From the NCBI GenBank assembly GCA_965655095.1, contig OZ296659.1, positions 22,506,001-22,570,000 on the forward strand: a DNA stretch of 64,000 bases. The letters run 5' to 3'. Shown piece by piece: positions 36,022 to 47,600 of the stretch. The DNA comes from Haplodiscus bocki. Taxonomy: Eukaryota. Made by a program: the position numbers and the translations under genes. The stretch's first letter is position 1; each line of letters begins with the position of its first letter. Under the pieces are notes generated by a model. It saw only the letters and a list, made by a program, of their open reading frames with translations, searched no databases and was not told the DNA's origin.

Positions 36022-39000
36022 CAATCTAGGATCTAGGATTGTCACGACAGTTTACACATAAACAAATGAAAATCCAAGTACAGGGATTGTTTTCAGTCCA
36101 ATGTCTATTAAAATACATCCACATATATTCAATCAGTTTCTTCTTCGGATTCTCCGGGTTGAAGAAATCAAGATATCTTTGCACGACGTTTATTCTGAAT
36201 CCAGTCCTGTACCAAAAGTTCTGCCTCTGTATTTCATATATACTGTCTGGGAGCACAACACGTCTTCTTCTACCGTTGTTAGTGAAATTGAATTCTTTCG
36301 AAAAATCTACATCGTATCTTCCTTCCAAGATGTTGCTGAAGAATAAAAGGTCTTTAAGCACTTTAAAGTATAGTGGTGGTAATAAATTCGATTGGTCCAA
36401 AGCATCCTTATAAACCAAATTTCCACAAATCCACTTCAGAACCTCTTTGTTGAATTTTTCAATAGTTTTGAACCTCGTATTTCTTAGTTCCCTGCATTCG
36501 GATACAAAAAGTATTGACGTTGTTATTATTGATCGGTAAAGATGGGCTTTGGTCTGGGTGCAAATGATCGGCATGGTACTTCTTCTTAACAGAAAGAACG
36601 GTTTTGCTGCCTTTCCAACTCTTACTTTCACATGCTCGTTCCAGTTTAGTGATTCATCTATGAACAGGCCGACGTCACCAACAAGGTTTTTGTGGTTTAA
36701 AGTTCGATAGTAAAACTTCCATAATAAAACAAACTCCTTCGAGAGTGTTCCTATTTCTATCGTACTGAAATTCGCTGATTGAACACTTTTTCAAACTGAA
36801 TAGTAGATAATTTTGCATACTCCAGTTGTGAAGGGCTTGTAAGTCGATTTGAATTTTTCCTAAGGATTCTTGTTCAGCTCTCCTATTGAAAATCAGTTTT
36901 GCATCATCGGCAAAAAGTAAATCCATCGATGAGAAAACAACAGTGGGGAGATCGTTTATGTATATCAAGAAGAGTAATGGTCCCAATACCGATCCCTGTG
37001 GTACCTCAGATGTTACAGTCCGCTCACTCGATAACTGGTCACCTATTAGCACTTTCTGTGTTCTTCCTAATAAGTAGTCTTGAATCAGTTCGAATAAAGC
37101 CTTGGAAATGTGAGTTTGTGGTAACTTTTTCATCAGGATACTATGCTTTGTTTTGTCAAACGCTTTAGAGAAATCAAATAAAACAAATAAAATAACAGAG
37201 TCTCTCGAGTTCAAGTGTGAGTAGATATGAGATAAACTGTATAGTAATTGCAGTATAACTGAACGTCTTGGCCTAACGCCAATTTAGAAATTGCCTATAC
37301 AATCAGCAAACGCAGTGTAAATTGGTGCAAAGACGAATTTTTCAGATGATTTCGAGATTATGTTTAAGAGAATAACTGGCCTATAGTTCGAAACTTCTCT
37401 TTTGTCGCCATCTTTGTATATCGGACTGACAATTCGAGTCTTCCATGCAGATGGAACTATGCGCAATCGCTTGATATTACTGAACAAGTTTCGACGGGAC
37501 GTAGCGATTGATCCTCCGCATTTTTTGAAAAATATGGGTAGTATCGAATCGTGACCTCTGCTCTTCGAGATGTTAAGTGACTTTAGCTCTGCCTTTATTT
37601 AATCTTCCGTTATTATGATGTCATTTTCCCCAGAATTATGCTGTTCGCTTCGTTCGAAGTTTTCATAATCGTCATCAGTCACTACCGTAGCAAAGTAATT
37701 ATTAAAAAGGTTTGCTTTCTCGAGATCTGTGCTAGCTTCTCTACTCAAGCTTTCAGATTTTAGGACTGGCGGTAGACTGTCTTTTTTCAGGCTTCTCAAA
37801 TCTTTGAAAATTCGTCCTTTATGTCTGCTGGCAAAAAACTTTTTTTCGTAATCGACTCTATCATTTGTTTGCAATTGATCACATTCTTCGGTTAGCTTTC
37901 TCAGTCTTTCAGACGTACAGAGTCCCTTTTTCTGTACTTTTATTTGCTCAGTTTTAATCTTGTTCATGTGATGTGATGTCTCAGCAGTTATCCATGGAGG
38001 CAGTAGTTGTCTGTTTTTATTTCGGATAGGAACATGTTTTTCGATCAATTTAAGTATCCATTCATATCAGAGATTCGTGTTAACATCCACATTGCTATAG
38101 CAGTACGGTTTGAATGGATTGGCAATGATATCCTCATTCAATGCATCGAAATCACAATTGCAGTAATTAAAGTATCTCGTTGATAATTTCTCTGCAACTT
38201 TACTATTTATGGACAGGTTCATCGTGATGGAAAATGGTCTGAGAACTGAGACAGATTTCCGTACAGCTCTGTATCATTGATGATTGAATCTTCATTGCAA
38301 AACACAAGATCAAGACAGTTTTTCTTTGTTGTATCGAAATCGATATATTGTTTTGAATACAAATCGAACAGAAGCGAAGCGATCTGATTTTCATATTCGT
38401 TCACAGAATCATAGGTACTCAAATTTGTGTGAGGCATGTTGAAGTCACCGGTAAAGAGGAGACGCTTGGGGCACGTTTCCTCAAGGAAGCGGAATAACTT
38501 CTGTAAATCTTCAATAGATATCCGGTATTTGCTGCCCGCCGAAGGATTGTAGAGAACTGCAATGTACAAAGGTTCTAAGCCAATTAGCTTAATAACGCGA
38601 AGTGATGATTGAACTTAGAAGGGTAATTCAGCCACACTAACTTCCTGGGTTTTGATTGTTTTCTTCACAGCTATCAATACACCGCCATGGCGAGGCGCAT
38701 CTAATTCAGTTGGTTTATTGCTTTGTATATGATTCAGTTCGTCTGTTTCCGTTGGCCTGTCGCCTCGTATAATATCATAATCGGGAAGAAACAGTTCTGC
38801 ACTTTTTTTGTCAGTAGTGAACCATGTCTCAGTTAAAAGTAAAACGTCAAAATCAAGTCTGTAGACATAGTCAGCAAATTTAATTTTTTGCTCAAGTCGA
38901 TCAAGCTTCTTACGTTATATAGCAAGATATTGATTGATTTTAGTCAGAATTCATTTGCAGCAGCGTTTGCAGCTTTTGAATCTGTTTTTCTGTGACGCTT

Positions 39001-40125
39001 TTGAAACTGTAGCTGAGTTGCAGTTCCACTAATTGTGTATCTGTAGTTTTTTGAGTCGCCTCCGTCCTTCTTGTTAGCTTCATCAATCATTGAATTTATT
39101 TTTTCACGGGTCTGTCTGGAATAGTCATGAAAAACACTGATTAAGCGGAATTTCAATTCTGCTTCGTTCAAATTTTTCGGTGCTCTGAAGATGTTCACTT
39201 TATCCTTTTTCTCTTTAAGGAAATTTTTTAGCGGTCTCGGTCTTGGTGTGTCTTGATTGCTAATTTTCGCAATTCGTATAAATTTGTCTTTTTGGTTTTC
39301 ATCCAGTTCAATCCTTAAGCCATTTGCGCAGAATTGATTAAAATCTTCTGGGACGTCTCTTTCTCTTCCCTTGGGGGTTTCGAGTTTGCTCTCTGGAACA
39401 TTGAAGAGTACCAGATTGTTCTCCCGTTTCTGATTGTTCTCCTTTTCTTGTTCCTGCAGTTGCAGAGTTTCTTTCAATATTTACTTCATGTTTGGTATAG
39501 GAGGCGGTGCTTTGCTTTTTTGCCATAATGTTTCGATTTGCTCCGGTATTTGCTGCTGTTTTTCAGTGACTGAATTGATTTTGTTCTCAAGCTTTTGTTC
39601 AATATGCAATATTCGTTCTTCAATTAATTTCTGCACTGTGTTTTTAAGCGTATTCTCATTCAGTTGTTGTTCAGTTAACTGCCTTTGTATGCAGTCTAAC
39701 TTGCTGCCCATTTCATTAATATCTTCTGGTCCATTTCTGAGAAGTTTTTTACCATTCTCTTCGCAGTCTTTACACAACCAAATAGGTCCTGAAGTTTTTT
39801 GCAGACATCTAAGGACAGTTGGAGCAATGCCGGAACATTCACCGGCGTGGTACCAGCAACCACATTTAAAACAAGAAACTGTTCCATCTTTGCATTCAAG
39901 ATTACAGGTACCGCATGGGTACTTCGTTGATTGAGTTCTATCTTTATCTCCCATTCTCAAAGAATACAAGGAGTACAAGGAGTACAACACCTTTCCTACC
40001 AGTTAAGGTTGCGAAGGAATTTGTACTTATAACAAGAGATAAACATATCCAATAACTGTATTATTTTGAAAACGTTTGATTTTCTTTGACGTTTGAGCCC
40101 CTTCCTACCAGTTAAGGTTGCGAAA
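36022..40125 (-). mobile_element. LINE-C: near full-length CR1/L2-group LINE (PHD ORF1 39954-38944; APE-RT ORF2 38943-36026), inactivated
   Basis: CGTC-CFKC-H-C-CKDC PHD; RENNLVLFNVPE; YNVRSL, LTETW, GDFN, SDH; FDFSKAFD, VPQGSVLGP, FADD; CTWIFICLCVNC. Confidence 0.92.
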
Positions 40126-41245
40126 GCACTCTAAACAAAATCAAACAACACAATCAAGCTTTACCTTTTTAGCTGATTCTTTCATCCGTTTCGCTTTTTC
40201 TCTTTCTTTCTTTGATGGCTTGTTTTTCTTCTTTGGCTCGCACGGTTTGGATTTCTTATTGTTACTTTTATAAAAATTTTCTAAGTTCTTTCTGTGCCTC
40301 CAAACAGTTGAGAGCAATCGGGTTTCGAGTTCAATGGACGGGTGGGTTTGTTTCAGGTCGCGCAGAACTATGAAATCTTTACACTTGCGATGGAATAGAA
40401 GGTTTGATTTAACGTCTAGTACGGTATTTTTGCTCTCCAAGAATTCGCAAAAAATGTCAAGGGCTCCTTCACATCTACAATATACTACGGCTTCGATTCA
40501 ATGACTGAAGTCACGGAGTATTTGGAGTAACTTTTCAACACTCATGGCCCTCTACTGTACTATAACTCCAGTAGAGTAAGCTCTGATCCAGTATCTTTCG
40601 GCTAAGCACAAAGAAAACAAAGCCCCAAGGACGCATACTCGGGTAATCATTTTGAACTATTTATTAAGTATACCACAACAATTAGGCTATTGCCTAGAAT
40701 ACACACGCAAGAGTTAAACCATTACGCAGGCCATTAATTTGCATGTCCATTAATATGCAGGCGAGGTGGATACAACAGGAAAGATCCAAAAAAAATAAAA
40801 CATTTCAGAAACTGAAATTGTGGCAGCTTCTAGAAATTGCAATGGTAATTTGGGATTTCCGTACAAAAGTTTGAAAATCCTTGTCCTTTAAAGGTTGGTT
40901 TCGAAATTTTTCAGCGTTTTTTTTATGCTCGGATTCCACTGTTCTGCTCCATATTTTGTCTGCTATTTTCCACGTTGTAAAAAGTTCCGAAACTTTCAAA
41001 CCTTCGTTTGTTCCACGCGATGTGAATTCACCGCGGCAGATGTCCACAGCATTATCGCTAATCTATACTATTTTACTGATGGTTTGTTTTGCAGCCTTTT
41101 TAAATCCCAAGAACGTCACTAAATCCTTACCCGTTGCACCCTTGCCTTACGTCAAGCTGGTGCGCAAGCTAAGCTCAGGCAAGTTAGAGAAATATAGCAA
41201 TCCGACAGGCGTTTCCAAAAAGAGTTGCTATCAGTAGTGCTAAAC

Positions 41246-43437
41246 GTATTATTGTAAAAGGGGTTTGATGCTATTTTGGCTCTTTTGCAGTTTTTGCCCA
41301 ATCCAGAAAGTTTTGCAGTATTTCGACGAAGGAAACTTCACTGACACCCTAATGACAAGTGAGACCACAGAAGCGAACCCAAATTAGACTCGACAACTAA
41401 ATGCAATTTTCAACTCTCAATTCTAAAAGTTTCCAATTCGAAAAGTTCAAAGTACAAATTCAACTGAAAATGAAATTTTTTGACTAAGTACACATTGAGT
41501 AAACAAACTGTCATAATTCCTTGACAATGCAAATTTTCTACGTAGATTTGACAGTTGTACAATATTCTCTGGAATGTTTGTTCAATGGTTTTTTCCGATT
41601 GACATCGACAAGCGCGATCAAAGGCAATTAATTTTTTCAACTAAATAAATCATGCATTAGACTTAACGAGCCTAAAACTATAATGACGAACAACTAAGCG
41701 TTAGCATCGCATTACAAAAAACCAAGACACATTCTGAAAAAGCTGCGTCTTTGCAAAATCAATGACAAAGTGTGGATTTGAAATCCCGAGTTGTACCAAA
41801 CTGTTCGATAGCCTTGTGCAAGCCCGGAAACCTTTTGGAGGCATTTAAACATTACTACATTATTAGAAAAAACAAAAAATCTGTCTAAAAAAGCCGTACT
41901 TTTCATCAACCATTTCAAAAAAGTTATTTTACACAATGAGCCTCAAATAGGCAAGTACGTACAAGATGTACAGCTACCGAAAACCCCAAAGCCAATTGGC
42001 AAAAACAATTGACCGTTGGCTTCATGTTTCATAAAACCAGATTACCTTCCGAGAATGGCACGCTTCGACAAAAATATCAACGGTGAAGGTGTTTCTAGAT
42101 ATCCGAAATAGGTTAAATTTCTAACTTACAGCTTTCCAAAGGGCCGATAAGTGTATGTATATCAATGAAAGATTTTCTATTGAAAAAACGGAAACACAAA
42201 TTGGTCTGAAATGCCTTTTTTTGCAATTTTACATGAAAAAGTTGTTCTATAGCTCACACTTCACGTAAAAATTTTTTTAAAAGTTTAAATGAGCACATAA
42301 AACCATATTGGAAGATCATTCTGCACAAGTTCATCAACTCCGAAGCGCAAAAAAGTGAAAAAAAATCATTTTTGCAAGGTCACATCAAAAAACGCAAAGT
42401 GACTTGAATCAAACTTTCGTTGTATAAGTCGGGCGATCTCAGAAAAAGGATATGAAACACTGATTTTAGTCTCAAACTAATTTAATCTCAAACTTCTTCT
42501 CGAGATTGCGCACCTAATGCATTTTGCAGCAGAAATGTTTGTCGTCTTCCGAACGCAACTAATGATTTAAGGTAAAATATTGGGTGAGTCCAACAACCAT
42601 ATTGGGAGAAAAGGACGTATATTAGAACTCAGCCTAAACAAGAAGTCTTTCTGGAAAAAAGTTATGGTTTCGAGAACTTGACATCAAACTTTCCAAATTC
42701 AAACGTCCAAACATAACTGAAGTGAGATATTGCATTCTCGATCGAGCCCGAGCAGCAATGACAAGAATTTCCTTAATGGTTTATTATTTTTCGAAGAAAT
42801 GTTCAGCACTTCAACTACCAGTTGCAAAACAAGGAAGGGTTCAATTCAATCTGCTGAATCGTTCAGGATGTAGTTTTGTTCATGGAGAGGACATCAAAAA
42901 CGGTGGGTGTAGACATCCGTTATCGATTGAAATTTTGATTTCAAACAAGTTCGAGCTCGAAAACAAATTTTCAGACAGCAAAATGAAATTCTGTCTCAAC
43001 CAACTCTTGTTCAAAACTCTGTTCTCCCAAAAATTTACATTCACCGAAGGGTGAAATATAGGAACTAATGTTTGCTTTTAAAAAAGCAGAATTCGATATC
43101 CTATTCATGTCTTTTTTAACTTTTCTTAGGGACTTGATTTTTTCGGCAGTTTCTCATTGTATTCATGTCAAAATATTCACAGCAAAGTACCATAAAAGTG
43201 GCAAGCGGTGTAGAAAAAGTTTGCAATCACCTTTTAAAAAAAGAAACCTTGACAGAAAAGTTCTATGGAAAGCGATAATTTCCAGCGGCAGTTTTGAACA
43301 ATCAAAGTCCAATCAGCGGCTTTTTGCAAACTTCGCGTTTACAAAAATTTAGGGGCGTGAAAGTAGTATTCAAAACCGTTGCCACAAAAACAAGTTCATG
43401 TTTCATTTTCAACAGAGGATTAATTGATGAAACTCAC
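41246..43437 (+). repeat. Left terminal inverted repeat (~2.19 kb)
   Basis: Mirror ORFs 42722-43054 and 43068-43352 translate identically to 59492-59824 and 59194-59478. Confidence 0.95.
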
Positions 43438-44699
43438 ACGTGTGATACCAACAACAAACGTTCTTTTGATCTGAATGAATAGAAGAAACAGCGCTGTCTG
43501 AACTTCGAAAAGTTCGTCCACGGTGCTTCAACTTTTTCATCACACGAATCATTTATTCAAATGCGGTAAGAGATTCACAAGAGTCGGTTGAAAACATGAC
43601 ACTGTTGATGCGTTGAAACAAAACACTTAAACAAAAGTTTCCAGCTGTTGAAGCCAATCAATGTCCAAACAGCGCCTTTCTGGTGATTCAGATTTTGCAT
43701 TCCCAACACTATTGGAATATGGAAAACAAGTGCGTCCGTATAGTTTTGAAACTACTGCTGCAAAACCAAGCTATTGTTTTATTTCGATCAGCGGATCAAT
43801 TAATAAAACTCACATGTGTGATGGTAACAAGAAATATTCACTTATAATGAGTGAAAACAAGAAACCGCTGTTTGATTTTCTGAAAATTTAGCCATATTTT
43901 TTCAAATTTTATAACAAGCGAATCAATTTTTCACTTTAATTTAAGAATCCAAGAGTTCTAACTCAAAAGTTGAAATTTTCGATGCGTTGAAGCAAACTAC
44001 TGAAATTACTTCTGAAGAGTTATCGTCAGCAATTCAGTTTTCAAAATAAAACCGACCTCTTTTCCAGCTTGCCAATAAATTTAACTGTAATCTTACACAC
44101 GAAAGTTTACAAACTGAAACGTACCTGAAGTTTCTGATGCAGGACACCGGTTTAATGAGTGATAATTGAGAAAGACTTGACACCGTTAATTCAAAAACCA
44201 GAAATCATGAAAATGCCGGCTCCATTTAAAACGCTTCAGTTTGACATTATGCATCAAACATTTGTCTGGAAGCTTCAACAAGCAGAATTGCCAGCCTCAC
44301 TTGGAAAATTTAACACCCTGGACCTTTTAGTTTGCTTTCTGCTTTCCAATACGAAAGAAAGATTCGCTCCCTGATTCTGCTAAGCGGCTGAAGTCCGCAA
44401 TGCTATCCAAACTGAGAATCTCATCAACTTTTCAAGCGGTAGTGTACTTCAGAGCGTAACGAAGGTTGATGCCAACTTTGGGCAAGGCAGCGAGTGCATC
44501 TTATAACCTTTAGTTTGCGACGCTCTTTGCCAACCTCTCAACTATTTCACCTTGGAGAAAAGAATGAGCAACCTTGCACAAGTTATTATCGAACTTAGCC
44601 TATTTCTGCTTTGCGAGTTTCTTTGTAGTAACTCAGTACTACAAAGGAGAATTATTCGCTGTAACGAAGCTAGACAAGTTTGTCTATTCCCAAATTCAT

Positions 44700-47600
44700 A
44701 TTCGAGCAAATTCTAATTTAATTCAACATTGTACATCAGATTCAACCCTTTGAAAATAAACCAAAAATTAGCTTGATCTTTGTTGGTAAAATACAGCCTG
44801 AATAGTTGAACTTTTTCACTGCAGACAATGGATGTATCTTCCATTAACTCCCAATTCAGGTCTGAGGGTTTTCCAAACGGGCAGGAAAAAAATGAGCAAA
44901 GACTTCAAAACATCACGGAGCCAAAAATTAACAGTCTGGCCATGAAAATTTCTTCATTGCAGCTATCTGATTGGTTTTACTGAGTTGGAAGAACTGTTCC
45001 TTGATGTTACCCCGAGATGATTTCGTCGCCTTGAAGCTAAGTAGATAGTAAGGCCTAAGTGCTTAAACCTACAAAAAGTGTCCGTTGTTCCAACCAATTG
45101 AGGCTCATTAGAATCAATGGAACTTGAATGCCAATTGAGTGCCATCTTGAGGGCTTCCGTTCTGTGGGATAAATTTGGCAACCAACCAAAGTTGGAACCA
45201 GCGAGTGCTTCTGATATTTTTTTTATCAGGTTATATGCCACACTCTCTTAGAAAACCTTCGCATTATGAGTCGGATTGAGGATTGGGATTGAACCATGTT
45301 TGTTTTCAACATTGCTCAGCTATCATCAAAGCGTATGCAAAACACTCCAGTTGAAAGTTCAAGAAAGGACTTCCACAAAAGCAGCTGGAATTTCGAGCAA
45401 TAAATGTACTGGAAACGTGGAGACAAAAATTTCAATCGCTCGACCGACGTATTATTTCGGTTGGATCAAAGCATTGGAATTAATATTCGCTCAATTGATG
45501 TCTGTTTGGAACATTACAAAGTTTCGGTTTTTGAAAAACTCCAAACTTCACCCAAATGTGGAAACAAAGATCTTCAACTTTTATTCATCATGATTTTTCT
45601 CGTATTGAAATTGATTTTCCTCAGCTATTCATAGCAGGGTCTTGAGCGCTATCTGTCTGACAGCACTTCAAAATAAAGTCTCAATGAACTTAAGACATTG
45701 CGTTCGCTCTAGATATAAATTATTTGATTCATATTGGCACGGGAGAGCGTGAAAATAAGCGTCTAAATTTCCGCGCGAATAAAAACGGCATTTGGTAAAA
45801 TTGAGTTTTCACAGGACTCTGATTCAGCGGAAAAAACATGGAGATTTGTTTTGACCATACGGTAAACTGAAAAAGAGCTGCTTGTTCCACATCTTTTGAT
45901 CAAACAGTCATCCAATACGCAATACAATGCTGAGTCAGTAGCAAAAGATCAAAGTTGACAACTTCCAGCCATCAAAACGGGAAACATGCACAAATTGGGA
46001 GCAAAAAAACGCAATGCTGACTGCGAAAAACATAGGTGAACGACCTCTGCTAAAATCAAAGATTGAAAGATTTGGAATTGTTGAAATATTCATCGAAATT
46101 TTTCAAGAAGTTAATTTTGCAGACATTGAGGGAGATCAACTTTTGGATGACTTCACAGCTTCTGTGGAAAAATTGCTGATCGGAATGGCATAGTATCGAT
46201 GGCAGCACTTTGGAGCAACAAAAGTTTAATGGCCTTTAGAAAATCACTGAACCTCTGTCGCTCACGAACCCTCTGCCGAATAACATTTTCGTGCAAATTC
46301 TAATACTTTTTTTGTACATCAGACTGAACTCTATGAAAAAAAATCAAATTTCAGCTTGATCTTTGTGGGTAAAATGAAGCCTGAATATTTGGAGTTTTTC
46401 ACTGCAGACAGTGAATGTATCTTTCAAGAACTCAAGACTCAGGTCTGCGGGTGTTTTAACTGGGCGAATTTAACATGAGCAGAGATTTCAAAACATCACG
46501 GATCCAAAGTCCAACACTCTGGCCGTGAAAAATCTTTCATGCCAGTTATCTGATAGGTTGTACTGAGTTTGAAGCACTGTTCCTTGCTTTTACTCGGAGA
46601 TCATTTCGTCACCTTGAAACTAAGTAGATACTAAGGCATAAGTGCTTAAACCTACAAAAGGTATCCGATAGTCCAATTGATTGAGCCTCATTAAAATCAC
46701 TGGCATTAAAATCAAGTGGGCGAATATTAATTACAATAGTTTGATCCAACCAAAAAATACGTCAGTGGAACGTTTGAAGATTTCATCCCCGCGTTTCCAG
46801 TACAACTATTGTTCGAGATTCCAATTGATTTTGTGAGAGCCCCATCTTGATTTTTCAACTCGAGTGTTGTGCATACGTTTGATGTTAGCTGAACAATGTT
46901 GAGAACAAGCATGGTTCATTCCCAATCCTCAATCCGACTCATCATGTGAGGGTTTTCTAAGAGAGTGTGGCATATATGCCTGTTAAAAAAATTTCGCAGG
47001 TACGTTCGCCGTTTCAAATTTTGGTCCGTTGCCAAATTGTTCCCACAGAACGGAAACCATCAATATGATATTCAGTTGGCCTTGAATAGCCAGTGACTTT
47101 TACGAGCCTTGATCAATTGGACTAACGTATACATTTTAAAGTCATAAGCACTTATGCATTACTATCCACTTAGCTTCAAGGCAACGAAATCATGTCGGAG
47201 TAAAAACAGGGAACAGTTCTTCAAACTTAGTAAAACTTATCAGCTAACTGGCAAGAAAAGATGTTTCAAGGCCAGAGTGTTGCATTTTGGCTCCGTGATG
47301 TTTTGAACTCTCGGCTCATGTTAGTTTTGCCCACTTAAAACACCCGCAGACCTGAGTCGCGAGTTACTGAAAGATACATTCGTTGTCTGCAGCGAAAAAT
47401 TCCAACTATTCAGGCTTCACTTTATCCACAAAAATCAAGCTGAAGTTTGGTTTTTTTTTCAATGGGTTCAATCTGATGTACAATGAAAAAAAGTATTAGA
47501 ATTTGCACGAACATTTTCTTCGACAGAGGGTCCGTGAGCGACAAAGGTCAGTGATTTTTTGAGAGCCATGGAATTTTTGGTTGCTCAAGAGTGCTGCGAC

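Noticed and set aside
35722-36061. ORFs spanning the N run
   Set aside because: Artefacts of the assembly gap.
42722-43352. Duplicated protein-coding genes (110 aa and 94 aa) in the TIRs
   Set aside because: Identity reflects the inverted repeat; no recognisable domain, and composition is typical of AT-rich spurious ORFs.
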